Under the pieces are notes generated by a model. The model was not told the DNA's origin. It ran no database searches and worked only from the letters and a program-made list of their open reading frames with translations. The position numbers and the translations under genes were made by a program. This document shows positions 13,501-26,100 of a stretch of 64,000 nt of DNA, one piece after another. The DNA comes from Paraspadella gotoi (Eukaryota > Animalia > Chaetognatha), in contig CM119265.1 of assembly GCA_051294375.1 (NCBI GenBank), positions 17,263,172 through 17,327,171 of the forward strand, read 5' to 3'. Numbering within the stretch: position 1 is the stretch's first letter; the number at the start of each line of letters is the position of its first letter.

Positions 13501-16500
13501 CCATTCACCCCCGATCGTTGCCGACAGTAGGTTGAAACGAGTAGGGGCCGAGCGCCAATTCCACGCCCCGAAGGTGACTCGTCCAAATCGCGTCGGTCGC
13601 GCGAAATTGACGTCGAGTCTGTGCGGGCAGGCGCGGCTGAGCGTGGAATCGCAGGAGCCGCCGCCATCGCCGAGTCGTAGCCAAGCGGACGACCAAACGA
13701 GTCCGTCAAGCGCGCGACGCGGTCCCCAGTAAGAAGACCACGACGACGTGGCGTTTACGATGGCTCCGGCGACTTTACCGGAGCAATGATGTCCACCGCG
13801 GTCGGACACATGGCCCATCCCCGTCGCTGTGGTTGTCCAAAGAAGAAAGGCTACGAGTACTTGAATAAGTTTTTTCATTGAGAAACAAGTAAAATTTTTT
13901 TAAAATATCAACGAAGGAAGTAAGCGTGGTTTATATTCGCGATAAAAAATATTATTCGTTGTAGTCGTGATCGAACCTAAACGGATCTGGATCATCGTGG
14001 GTCACGGTTTTTATTTAGTCTGCCTGCTAGGAGAAGACTCGCAAGACATGGTTGAAAAAAAAAAAGTCGTCTCACTGCATTCTTTTCTTCTTCCTATTTT
14101 TTTTTTAAGGCAACGAACCCTCGAAGAAAGCGACGGCGGAACCCGCGATAACTCGGACGTAGATTCCGAATACGACGACGACGACGACGATAGCGACGAC
14201 GACCTCGACGAGAAGGAGAGGGCGAAACGAAGATTAAAACGGACGACTGCCAAATACCAAAAGTCCACAGGTTTTTTTTTTTCGGCGTTCGCGCTTTTCT
14301 GAGTTCACAAGAAATAAAATGATAAAAGGAAAGGCGTCAGATTTTCAGCTGACCTAGTTTTATTACTTTTTATTTTTGTTTGTAATGCTGTAAAAATTAT
14401 GTGATTGAAAAGCATTTAGATCTAAATTTTTAAAGGCCAATTATACTATAAATTCTATTGTTAATCCTTTCCTTTACGGACCAGGGGAAACGGTGACATC
14501 AACGAGGCAATTGATTCACGATCCCTTGGCGGTCATCGCTGAACAAGGAATTCAAGACGATTATCCTGAAGGAGCCGGAACAGGTTTGGGTGAGTTCCTT
14601 AACACGTTCAGCCGATAAATAGAAAATGACCTCACCTGGAAAAGACGATAATTTTGGATTAAAATCTCAAATCTTTTTAATGATTACTTTGAGATATTCC
14701 TATTTTTTAAAAATAAAAAACCTCGAGCCTGAGCCGACGATAGACCTCTAGTTTTAATCTTTTCACCCCTTTTTTCGTGTTGCAAGCTCTATTTTAAATA
14801 TTTTTCTCATACGATTTGGTTACTTCTAAAAAAACATAATAAAGCGGCTCGGGTAGAAAAGACTCGTTGCTTTCCCTCGGGGATGGGCACTTACCCACTC
14901 GACCGACGTAACCGATGCCGAGCAGCAAGGCCGCAACAATCCGGATCTCTTTAATCATTAACGATCTCGTCGCGCCTTTTGAGATTTTCTCCCGATTTGG
15001 ATTCAGGGAGTCACCGCGATCCGTATCTCGATGACGAAGAAGACGAGTCTTTTTCTGACGACGACGGCGATTTCCCCGATTCGCCCTTCAACTTTGGCCG
15101 CAACGGCTTTTGCCACGGAGGGAGGAGTCATGGAGGTAAAGAGAAGAGGGGAACGAGTACTATATTGAATTAGTAAAATTTAAAAATGAAATTTAATTGA
15201 CTCAAAATGGATTGTTTCTATTTTTTTTTTCTTTCTGACAATGGATAAGATGGCATTGCCAACGATTTTGTTATCGGAACCTGGGATCCGAATGAGGCTT
15301 CGACGGCGGCTCCCTCGTGGATTCCTTCGCCACGCCCACCCTTGTCCTTTGCCGTCGGGGAGGAAGGAGACGCTTCTCCGGAGAAACCGCCGAAGGAATC
15401 GATGCCGGAAATAAGCTTCGGCGTTCCGGCCGTAGGTTAGAAAAATGAGAAGATAAAGGCGAAATTTTTTACCCAACTCCTTGCCTTCGTTTCACTCTCA
15501 GATATACTAAACTAAAGCACCTGGGCTTCCTCGGTTGCACTTATGCACCAGCGGCCGATTTCCTTTGTCAAAGTATTCCTTTTACTTCTCGATTTGGATC
15601 GGGTTATTTTTTCTTCGGTTTCTCTTTCCTTTTTATTTTTCTTGTTAATTAGGGTATTGTTCATTTTATCGCTCTTACTTTTTGTTATTAGATTCGCCGT
15701 CCTCGACGGTGAAGATCGACACTTGGGAGGACATTTCGCGTGATATGGCAGGGAGCGGCGAGGCGGGGATGGGATGGAACGACGCGCAAGGCATCGCCAT
15801 CACCGCCAGGGGAACCAGAAAGGTTAACGAAGGTATATTTTCTTTATTTATGTTATTATTTTTTCGTTTGTTTCGTTCTTATAATTTATATAATATTCTA
15901 CTGCAAAAAATGTTTCGATCCCTCGTTTTTCACAGCTCCTCCGGCTTCAACCAACGGGGCCTCACAATTCCCTGGGTATAGTGACGACGAGGACATGTCG
16001 AGTCTTAGCGACGACGACGGACTCGGCCTCGCCGCCGGTGATGAACTCATGATACTCGATTCCGGGATGGGAGATTTCAACTTAGGTAAATCCATTTATA
16101 GGTCGAAGATTTTTTGTTAAACTTTACTTTATGGCAACACTCGGGTTGCCTGTGATTCCCATTTGGAAGTGGCATCTCTCTGTTGGCTTTGAGGGCTTCC
16201 CTAGGACGGTCTCGCTTTGTCAACGCAGAGGGAAGTCGTAAGGACTGTGGATGGAACACAACGCCTGGGATGGTGTGTTCCCCCTCTGAGCCAATGGAAT
16301 TGGCTGAACGATGATGGATGTGAGGCGGCGTGAATATACCACCACAACTTATTCGTTCGATTTTTCAGCCTTTTTAGGAGAAACGTCAAACCTTAATGCC
16401 GGCAACAAAATTGAGACGAAGTTAAACGGAGAAATTCCTGCAACTTCCGGCAAGAAGAAAAAAAACAAAAAAGGAAAAGGAATCGGGAAATCGAAGAAAG

Positions 16501-19500
16501 ACTCGTCCCTTCCATCTCCTCCTCTCTCGTCTATCGCCTCTTTCGATTATTTCCCTCCTGCTGAAGAGAGCGATGAAGAAGCAGCGCCCGTCGTCGACGC
16601 CTCTGACGGCGCCCCGTCCCGTTCTCAAGCGGGCGCCTTTAATCATACCGATCCTCTCGCCAGCGGCAGCGTCCGCCTTTTGTCGCACTCGGAGAAGATA
16701 ATCGACGTCACAGAGGAAAATGGGACAGAAATAGGTGAGAAGAACGAATGGTTAGACGATGAGCATCGATACGAATTAGAAATTGTCACGGGTGTATCTT
16801 ATTTTGCAGCTTCCATCGCACCCACGTTGAAAGATGATGCTTCGTTCAGTCATAATTCATTGGATCGATCTTACGTTGAGTAAGTTCATCATTCTATCAT
16901 GTTGCTCCTCTCCACCTCGAAGAGGCAATGTGGTGGAGAATATCCATGAAGAATCCCGGTTATATTTGGAACCATACATTTTTTTTTAACTCTCCTTCAA
17001 TTTTGAAAAATTTTTCTCCATCAGTTCAAAAGCAATTTGTGATACGCAAAGCGCTTATAGCGAATCCTCCATTAAAAGTCACCACCAAGTCATTCACAAC
17101 TCGAGAAGTAACGAAGGTTGGTGTCCATGCATTGTTAGTTTCAGTGCTTATTTTCTTAAGCACATTTCCCTCGGACTTTCTCAGAAGTAATGGAAACCGA
17201 ACGTACCTCGTTTGATACCAACGGTCGTCCAACTGATGGCAAGTGTCTTGCGAATTTTTCGAAAGGAACCGCAGAACCAATGGACATATTATTGGGGGCG
17301 ACATCAAAGGTTATTTGTCATCATGTTATTTGTATCCTATTGACACTCTATTGACTCTCTCCTAAATTTAATATATTTTCGTCTGGTAGTTTCCTTGGAA
17401 CTGATTCTGGACTCGATAAATTGAAAGCTCGTTTTCTAATATGAAGACTTCTGTACTCTCAAGACAGTCACTCTGGGCTTGCTCACCTCAGTGTGCTGTC
17501 TTGGGAGGGGGCATGTGTGGCGAATCCTAAATTCGCCTCCCATATAGCTTGGTGAAACTCAGCTGGTCCCATTGCTTGAACAGCTCGTTCACCAACCATA
17601 AGTTCCTAATTCAATTCCCTCACGGTCACTCTGGTTAAGTGTGATGGTGTTGACGTAAAGGTCCAAAGCCCTGAGCGCCAGCTAACGGGAGATGCCTCAC
17701 ATTCAAGGGAACACATATGTCCCTGTTGCCCTTACGTCATTTTTTTTTGCAGCTAACTGTGAATATTGAAAGCGGCTGTGATAAGGGAAGCGAGGCTGGT
17801 CCTCTATTCGTCTCTCAATCGATGTCGTCAACGACTCAATCATCGCTACCTCTCTTCTCACTCGATGTTCAAGTTCCTCTGGAAACTCACCCTGGACCCA
17901 GTCCCTGTCTCATTCTCCAGGTCGGAAGGATGTTTCCTTCAACTATGACTATGACTATGAAATAACAATATGAAACGCAGTAATTTTTTTTTTTTTTTTT
18001 TTTTCATTAAATGTTTTAGGCGCTAACGATGTCTAACTCGAACGACGGCTTCAACCTCGAGCGCCTCGAGATGATCGGGGATTCCTTTCTCAAACAAGCG
18101 GTCACTACCTTTCTTTACTGCTCATATCCTCAGATGCACGAAGGACGTCTTTCGTTTTTTCGAAGCAAGCAAGTGTCGAACTACAATCTCTACAAGCTTG
18201 GTCCGTTTCATTTTTGCCCTTTTTGTTTTTCCTCAATCGATTTAGCTCAGTGTCCGCTCCTTCCAGGAAAACGCAAGGGTCTACAAGAATGCATGATCGC
18301 GACTAAATTCGAACCGTCGGAAAATTGGTTGCCGCCAGGCTTCAGCATCTCCCAAGACAGGGCCTTCCCCATCGCCAAGTGGGCCGTGGAGATGGCCAGG
18401 AAGGAGGCGGAGAAGGCGGCTAAGGCCAAACTAAAGGGAAAGGGTAAGAAGTCCAAAGAATATTCGCCATCAAAAGAGGGACAAGCCGATCAAGAGGCGA
18501 CTGCCTCTTCGGATGACGGCAGCGGCGCCGCTGAGGGCGCGGACCAAGCTGCCGCCGAGATTTCGGCCGAGCAAACTGAGAGTGATGAGCCGAAGGGTGG
18601 TGAAGAAGCGGAGACCAATGGACAATCTGAGAACGTCGAGAACGTCGAGGAGGAGGCTGTTGAAAAAGAGACTGAAGAAACTCCGGACGACGCATTGGCT
18701 GCGCCGACGAAAGCCAAGGACCTAGATTTCACCAAATTACACGCCACGCTGTATAAAGACACGGACATAGAGCATCTTCCATATATCCTTCAAGTGAGTT
18801 TTGATAAAATGACACGGGCCGTATGAGCCAACTGGTTATCAAAATTTTTCCCTAGATTCAGCACACGCTTCCCGACAAGAGTATCGCCGATTGCGTGGAG
18901 GCGCTCATTGGGTGTTACTTGACCGAATGCGGTCCGCGGGGAGCCCTGTTGCTGATGGCGTGGCTCGGCCTCCGCGTTCTGCCCAAGAAGGAAAAAGTGA
19001 TGGTTGACTTGGACGAGGAGGATGCTGACAAACTGATGGAGACGGGGGATGCCGATGACCGGACCGAAGCTCTCGATCCGGCGGCCTTGACTTGCGGTTA
19101 GTCGTAGGAAAAAACTTTGAATTTCTTACATATTTTCTTTCCTTCATTTTTTTTTATCCCTTTTCAGCCCTGATAGACAAAAACTCCGGTCCTTTGAAAG
19201 AAGGAGCGTCTTGGATGCACTTACCCAGACCACCGTCGCCGCTGTTGAACCATCCCAAATCCCATGAAAAACTCGAAAATTTGCTGACGGGTTTTGTAAA
19301 GTTCGAGGAAAAGATCGAGTACAAGTTTAGAGATCGGGCTTACTTATTGCAGGTGAGAAAGCCATTCAATTTTCGATGATTGTTTAAGCCTTTGTAAATT
19401 GTTTGTTTTTAACTATACAACCGAAAAATTTATTTACACTAAAGTTTTTTGCTTTAACCGATTGTCACGGAATCGTCAATCCGGATTTTACTTTTAATCT

Positions 19501-21191
19501 GATAGACGACACTGTTACAATATGAGAAAGAACTAGTTAAACTAAAATGGTTCTGAGTTGTATAGATGAAAAAATATATTGAGCCTTAACTAAAAAAATA
19601 ATCTACGTATTCGCTCCTTCACTTAAAGGCCTTCACTCACGCTTCCTATCACTACAACGACATCACCGATTGCTACCAACGACTCGAGTTTCTTGGCGAC
19701 GCCGTCTTAGATTACGTCATCACGCGTCATCTTTACGAGGACGAGCGGAAGCACTCACCCGGCGAGCTCACCGATCTCAGGTGCAAGAGATACATCAAAA
19801 GTATACAGGGATAGAACCATATATCCGGACAAAATTTTAAAAATTATTATTCGAAAATTGTTAATGATTTTTTAAATTTTAATAAATAGTCAAATAATGC
19901 TCTTTTTTATATTAGTTCTTTTGAAATACTTTGATATAATGCGTATTTTGATACAGAAAAGGCTGTTTTCTCCACGCGCTTTGGAAAAAAAATGTTAGAA
20001 TACTTATTGTTTAATCTCAGTTTGTAAGCTACCAGATTAAATTATTTATAAAAATATTTATTTATAGTAAAGAAATGCTTTTCTTTATTTACCATATAAG
20101 TATTAGGTATAATAAGTTAAATTTGGATGGTTATGAAAAGGGGAAAATTTAAAAAATTGATATTCAAAAACTGTCACTAAAAATATAAACAAGTATGGTT
20201 TTCATTGTATGCAATGCAATGCGAGCGCATAAAAACGATAACATTTTGAAAACATTCATTAGGCTTAAATCGTTCAGACGTTAAGTTTTGTCCGAATATA
20301 TGGTCCCAGCCCTGTACAACAATGTCTTTATTCCTTCAATCAATTTGTTTTTTTAGATCCGCTTTGGTAAACAACAACATCTTTGCCGCATTGGCTGTCA
20401 GATACGATTACCACAAATACTTTAAGGCGTTGTCCGTTGGACTTTTCCAAGTGGGTCTATATGTGATTTTTAAATTTATATTCGATATGCAACATAATTC
20501 CTTTTTTTTATTTTAGGTCATCGAAAAGTACGTGTCTCTGCAAGCCAATTGCGACATAACTAATCTCGACCAGGTAATTCTTTTGTTTGTTTGGCCTTCT
20601 CAAGGAATTCCTGCTCTTCATCGATTATCTGTTGATTTCTTCTTCTTTTTTTTTTTTTTTGCCTCCAGTTCGCCAACGTTCCTGATTCCGACGATGACTC
20701 GGAAGACAAGGAAGAGACGGAAGTTCCAAAGGCGTTGGGTGACGTGTTTGAGTCGGTCGCCGGCGCCATCTTTCTCGACTCGGGCTTCTCTTACGACGCC
20801 GTCTGGAGGGTCTACTACAAGATGATGCGCCCCCTCATCGATCAGTATTCGGCAAAGGTGCGAAGACGAATTGAGTATTGAACGCAATGATGAAAACCGA
20901 TTATGAATTTTACTATTTTTGAAAAAAAAAATCTCGTCTCTGCAGGTTCCCAAGAGTCCGGTCAGGGAGTTGCTGGAAATGGAGCCGGAAACTGCAAAGT
21001 TCGAGAAGCCCGAGCGCACCTTGGACGGCCGAATTCGCGTCACCGTCAACGTCATCGGCAAGGGGAAGTGGAAAGGTGTTGGTCGGAACTACAGAATTGC
21101 GAAATGTGCCTGTGCCAAAAAGGCGCTCAAGGCCCTTAAATTGGCAGAGCCTGGGTCGGTGGGAGGCAAGGCGGAATCAATGATTGGTTAG
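7574..21191 (+). CDS. DICER1: Dicer-1 endoribonuclease (many exons)
   Basis: Helicase [24 protein letters not shown]; DUF283 [19 protein letters not shown]; [11 protein letters not shown]; [39 protein letters not shown]; RNase IIIa [12 protein letters not shown]; RNase IIIb [23 protein letters not shown]; ds[17 protein letters not shown]. Exons of the low-complexity PAZ-RIIIa linker (13.1-17.9 kb) are not fully resolved. Confidence 0.96.
12586..12960 (-). mobile_element. Diverged copy of an AT-rich non-autonomous DNA-transposon-like repeat (Dicer intron)
   Basis: Aligns by eye to the reverse complement of ~38440-38825 (e.g. tagagaggagctcttgagaac vs tagagtggagcactggggaac; tttttcgcagctttaac shared). 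Confidence 0.6.
13321..13878 (-). CDS. Nested intronless secreted protein with F5/8 type C (discoidin/galactose-binding-like) domain
   Basis: 185-aa GC-rich ORF inside the Dicer intron ~13230-14109, opposite strand; signal peptide [20 protein letters not shown]; [32 protein letters not shown] pattern. Confidence 0.7.
   Translation of the reverse strand: MKKLIQVLVAFLLWTTTATGMGHVSDRGGHHCSGKVAGAIVNATSSWSSYWGPRRALDGLVWSSAWLRLGDGGGSCDSTLSRACPHRLDVNFARPTRFGRVTFGAWNWRSAPTRFNLLSATIGGEWETLLRDVGSSNDKLRNDYIIERRRRKIYNKLRIEITEIRASKHWRNYYVTIDNLMICSE
16129..16340 (-). mobile_element. Twister-retroelement subfamily A, internally deleted copy (Dicer intron, antisense)
   Basis: Reverse complement of 53467-53682; keeps GTTGAC-AAA-GCGA-GA-CCG...GGAAGC-CCTC-AAA-GCCAAC and the GTTGCCATAA end. 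Confidence 0.8.
17514..17734 (+). mobile_element. Twister-retroelement subfamily B with ribozyme remnant at 17631-17681 (Dicer intron, sense)
   Basis: Homologous to the reverse complement of 59789-60031; CTGGT-TAA-GTGT-GA-TGG-TGTTGACG-TAA-[P2/GCC/P3 deleted]-AGG-TCCAAAGC-CCTG-AGC-GCCAG; ends GTTGCCCTTA. Confidence 0.8.
19806..20314. mobile_element. Tc1/mariner-type MITE in a Dicer intron
   Basis: Imperfect ~34-bp TIRs CAGGGATAGAACCATATATCCGGACAAAATTTT / AAGTTTTGTCCGAATATATGGTCCCAGCCCTG with TA on both sides (19804-05, 20315-16); non-coding interior. Confidence 0.8.
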
Positions 21192-22028
21192 TCCAATGAC
21201 AATGTATTTTTGTTTCCTCAAAGTGAAAAGATGAATTTTCACTTAATTTCTTTTACGAAAAAAAATATTACTTGGTCTTCTGTTTTGAACGATACTAGTC
21301 GTTTTTTGTTTTTTGTTTTTTACATTTTTTTTATTTTAATAAACAGTTCTTATACTTGTTTAATTTTTTTTTTTTTTTAAATTATCGACTTTTTCGTCGA
21401 TCGATGTGCCAAACAAAGAAATATGAAACGAATTGGCTAAAAATCGGTTTGTCCTCGCAAAACACAGATTGCTCTAATTTTGAAGATCGTGTATCGTATC
21501 GTATGGTATCATATCTTTAAAACCTGAAAATCGCGCCTTTTTCTAAACTAACACGAGTATTCTTTTGCCGTCTGTGTTATTCAGTGCCGCGCCGAAATTT
21601 TGTTTTTCGAAAATTCGTTTTCTTGCTAAGATCTGTAATAAGTTATTACGACTAATTAATTGTATTGATTGTAATTTTTAACTTTTTGTTCAAAAGCCAA
21701 AAACTCGCTTATTGAACTTTTTAATTTTTTTTTTTTTTTTTATAAATAAAGTATTCTTGATTTAAAAAAACCCGAGTGGCCCTAATTTCCATGCAAGATC
21801 AGAAAGAATTAGTTTGACTCAATCGAGTTAGTTCCCATCGAAAACCGACTAAAATTAATTGGCATTGCAAGCGACACTGCGTTAGTCGAAAACTGTTGAT
21901 TCAAATGAAATCGGGAAGAAGCTTTTCTCGCCCGACGCTTCTTAATCGGATTTGGGCCGACCTAAATGTCATTATTTCAGTAAAAGTTTTCCCCCTTTCT
22001 TCTTTCACTAACTTTTAACGGCTCTACC

Positions 22029-22877
22029 ATGCCCTTAGCGTGGCTTACTGCCCTCAACGATTACCTCCAGCGTCACGGCGATCCCCGAGTGACCTCCTGG
22101 CCACTCATGACCAGCATGTGGCCCAACCTGGCCCTCTGTTTTTCTTACCTTCTCATGCTCTCCCTAATTCGTTGCTGGATGTCGTTCCGTCAGCCCTTTC
22201 GACTGCGCTCCCTCATGATCGCCTACAACGCGTTCATGGTCGTTTTCAACGCCTTCATCTTCGTCGAACTGATGCGTTTCGCCTGGGGGCGTGGCCACTC
22301 GTTCCGCTGCGGAGACGTGGACCGATCGGCTAGCCCCGATTCTCTCCGTGTCGTTCGCGTGGGCGTGCTGTTCTGGTTCGTCAAGATCGTCGAGTTCGCC
22401 GATACGTTCCTCTTCGCTCTACGCAAGCGCGATGATCGCATATCTTTTCTACACGTGTTTCACCACTTTGCCACGCCGCTTTCCCTCTGGTTCGCTATTC
22501 GCGTCGCGCCCGGCGGCCACGGGGTCTTTTTCGCCACGCTCAACTCCCTCGTCCACGCTATCATGTACGGCTACTACGGTTTGGCGGCGCTGGGTCCTCG
22601 GTTTCGTAGTCTGCTGTGGTGGAAGATCTGGTTGACGCGGATGCAGCTCGCGCAGTTCGTGGCCGTATGCCTCCACTCGTTGCAACTCTTTTTCGACAAC
22701 TCGTGCCAATACCCCATCGTCTTCACCTACGTTCTCGCTTTTTACTCCGTCGTATTTTTCGCGCTCTTCGTCAATTTCTACCGGAAGTCTTATTTAACCA
22801 GTGACGCGCCAACAGGAGGCTCTTGGCTGAAGAGGTTGGCTGGAGTGGCGGATTTCCGGGTCTCTAAACTCGAATGA
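22029..22877 (+). CDS. Very-long-chain fatty acid elongase (ELOVL1/7-like), intronless
   Basis: GDPRVTSWPLM, KIVEFADTFLFALRK, FLHVFHH, NSLVHAIMYGYY, LTRMQLAQF, FVNFYRKSY motifs. Confidence 0.93.
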   Translation: MPLAWLTALNDYLQRHGDPRVTSWPLMTSMWPNLALCFSYLLMLSLIRCWMSFRQPFRLRSLMIAYNAFMVVFNAFIFVELMRFAWGRGHSFRCGDVDRSASPDSLRVVRVGVLFWFVKIVEFADTFLFALRKRDDRISFLHVFHHFATPLSLWFAIRVAPGGHGVFFATLNSLVHAIMYGYYGLAALGPRFRSLLWWKIWLTRMQLAQFVAVCLHSLQLFFDNSCQYPIVFTYVLAFYSVVFFALFVNFYRKSYLTSDAPTGGSWLKRLAGVADFRVSKLE

Positions 22878-23153
22878 CGAAATATAAAGGGTTTTCGACA
22901 TTTCGGAACTTTTTTTCCCACATAGATTTCAGAACATACTGTATTAAATTGTAACTTACCATAACTTGTTCATCTAATTTCATTTGCAAAGACGACATTG
23001 CTTCTAAAGCTGTAACTTGTTTTTACGATTTTGTTGGTCATTTGTAATGTTGTGCAGAGTTAAAGATATTTGCAAAAAGGCGATTACGAAAACAAAAAAA
23101 TAAATAGGAGACAGCTATGCTCAATTTGCTCATTGCTCAAAACTCAGTCCATA

Positions 23154-26100
23154 TCAATACGAGGAGCGAAATTTCAATTGGGCGTTGTTGTTCCAAAAGT
23201 AGGCGTGGCAGGCGAGTCCCGAAAATGAGTTTGTGGGGTCCGTCCCGTTGTCGGAGCCGGGCTCATCATTCCGCGGATCCCGCTCGATTTGGGGGAAGCG
23301 TGACCTCCGCCGAATACTTGCTGCGTCAATATGCTGTCGACGAGTACAGAAGGGGGGGGGGAAATCTTTAGGAAATTTTTTTAAGTGAATTACTAAGTAA
23401 AAACTCAAAATCATTTTCCAAGCTACTTAGATACTTAACATTAACATTTTCACTACTTGATTGATTTTTAATAAATTGACAACTAATATCAGCAAGATTA
23501 AAAATTGTTTGTATACCAGGAGTAAACCAACGACCTGTTTCTATTTTGTGCCATCTGTAGATCTCTTCTGATAAAGTCGCACTCGCAGCGAAGCATTGAC
23601 AAATCGCTTTCTATCAATCGCCTAAAATATGAAGTGGAAAAAATATTTTTGTTGTTATCCCTATCCTGAAAGGAACAATTTTAACTGGTGTCTGACATAT
23701 TTCTGTGTCGGTTCTGACCGACTTTATTCTTCTCGCAATAAAGTATTGTTTAAAGTAACCAGGCACAGGTTTTTAGTTTCCCCTTAGCCTTTTGCTCCCG
23801 ATCGGAATTGAAAATCTGGCGCGTTGAAACCCGGAAGATTTGACGTCATCATCAAGCTTCATTCGAACCTCTGTGTGTTTGCAGTCTGCAAAGCCGCTTC
23901 CAAATCTTTGATCGTTTGATCTGCTTTGTCAAACTGTCTTTTCGTCACAAGAAGCTCGTCGCTGGTTCAAAAAAAGAAAAAAATGCCAGTGTGAAGAGAA
24001 AGAAATAATTATTATGAAATTGGTACAACCAATATAAAAATTATCCATTCAATTAGAGACAGGACCGTTCAATACACCTTGTTACAGCATGTTTTTTGAA
24101 AGACTTACCGCGTTTTGGTCCTGTCTCGCTCGAGCTGCGCCAGTTTTCCTTTCAGCTGCTGGTTCTCGATAAAAGTCTCTTCGCTGGCCCTATCCTTTTC
24201 GGTGTTGTAGGTAACTGTACCCAGAGTTTCCTCCACCTGTAAAACGCGAGTGGGGTTAGATACATTACACCAATTCGACCTTAGTAAGTCTCGGCATTAC
24301 TTTATAGTAAAGTTTGTCGTTGTCCGATTGCGCGGTGTTGAGAGCGGCCTCCAACGTTTTGATTCTTCTCACGAGGTGTTCGTTGCTTAATTGCTGACGC
24401 TGATTGGCCAATCTAACCAGAAGAAAAATTAAAATCACATAGTTGAGAAAGTAACGAGGAACATTATCAAGAATAAAACCTCTTTAACTCACGTCAATTC
24501 TTCGTTTTCCCCCCGCAGTCTCCTCGACTCTTCCTTGCTTTTGTCCAACATGTTGTTCAAACTAGAAATTTTCGCCGCCATCTCTCTTTGAGCTTTCGTT
24601 AACTTTGACCTCAGCAAGTCCTGTGAAAAATTAATGGGAATTACACTCAAGGACCCAAACGAGTCTTTCCCCTTTGGGTCTCACCTTTTCAATGACGACG
24701 CTGCTTAGCTTCTGCTTGACCTCTAATAATTGCAACGCCTCCATCCCGTTGGCGTCTTCCGGGGCCGCCGCTTCGGCGCTGCTTCCGGTCAAAATTGAGG
24801 CGGCGGACTTGGGCGATACGCGGGCGGCGAAGCGGGGCGGTGAGTCTCTCTCGTTAATTGGGGAAGAAGTAACGGATCTGAGTGAATGAACGGAGTCAAT
24901 TTTAAATATTATTATTTATATTTTAATTACTATATGAATACGACCTCTCTGGCGTAGCGCGGATCGTGGCTCTCGGTTTCGTCGCCCTTTCCGCTGCCCT
25001 CGGCCCCGACGGGCTTCTCGTTTCCTTCCTTCCTTTTTCGTCTCCTTTCTCGTCAGCCTCCCTTTTCACCTCCATCAATTCCCCAGCCTCGCTCTCATCT
25101 CCTTCGTTATTCTCTCCATACTTTCCTTTTCCTTTCTCTCGGTCCCCCTCCTCCCCCCCTCGCTCCTCCTCTCCGTTCTGTTTTCCCTCGGTTTCGTGCT
25201 TTTCACTCTTTGCTCTCCGTTCTTCATCGATTTCTTCGTCCTGAGTAGAAAGAAAAGGTAACCATTTTTACCCTTTTTATTTCTTTTTTTTTTTCATAAA
25301 TTTTCTTTGTCGCTTCGTCGGTGACGAATGAGTATTTGATTCTTTTCTACGTCATTAATTGAAAGGAGACGGAGAGGAGGAAAAAGAATTAATGAGAAGA
25401 AACTGCGTCGCTCCCGTTTTATATTATCAAAGTGAGAAATAAATTGCTAGTTTTTTAAATGACATTTCAAGAGGAAAGTTGGGATTCGGAAGTCGTTTTA
25501 AATCTAATACGTCAAGTACAAGTACGCTTAATGCAAATTATACGGGTTTAATATTGGCTAAATCTTTATTTGACTTCTCTGTTTTATCTTATCCATTGTT
25601 TTAACCTTCTCTGAGGGTACTTTTTCTTTCGATTTGTTCAACGAGTTGTCACTGATTTTGGACGTTGATTCAATCGACATATCGGAATTATCCTTGTGCT
25701 TCCTCCCGCCTTTCGGTCTTTGCGTCGGCGTCGCTGATTGAGACTTCTCGAAACTCGCAGCATGAGGAGGCGTGGCGTCCGTCACCTTTTAAAATCCGAG
25801 TTTTTCTTTCTCACCACGCTCATCTTTCTATTTCAGCTGTCTTTTAATGATTCATTTCTTTTTTTCTATTTTCTTACTTTGTTTTTGGTTTGTTTTCCTT
25901 TTTTCTTACTTTGTTTTTTCTTGTTCACTTTTTTTTTTATTTATTTCTATTTTTATTTATTTATTTTTATTTTTCATCAGATTTTTATTTTTGTTTGTAT
26001 TTTTTTCTTTCTGTCTTCTCTTTCTTACCTTAATCTTTGGAAACTGTTCCTTATCTTTTGAATTTCTCCTCGAGCCTTCATCCACCGCCATCGCATCCTC

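Noticed and set aside
17519-17537. GGCGAAT as the 3' end of an HDV-like ribozyme
   Set aside because: It forms a simple hairpin with ATTCGCC; no nested double pseudoknot was found.
23190-23365. GC-rich island as a possible structured RNA
   Set aside because: Better explained as the last coding exon of the minus-strand gene (acceptor plus open frame to the stop at 23154).
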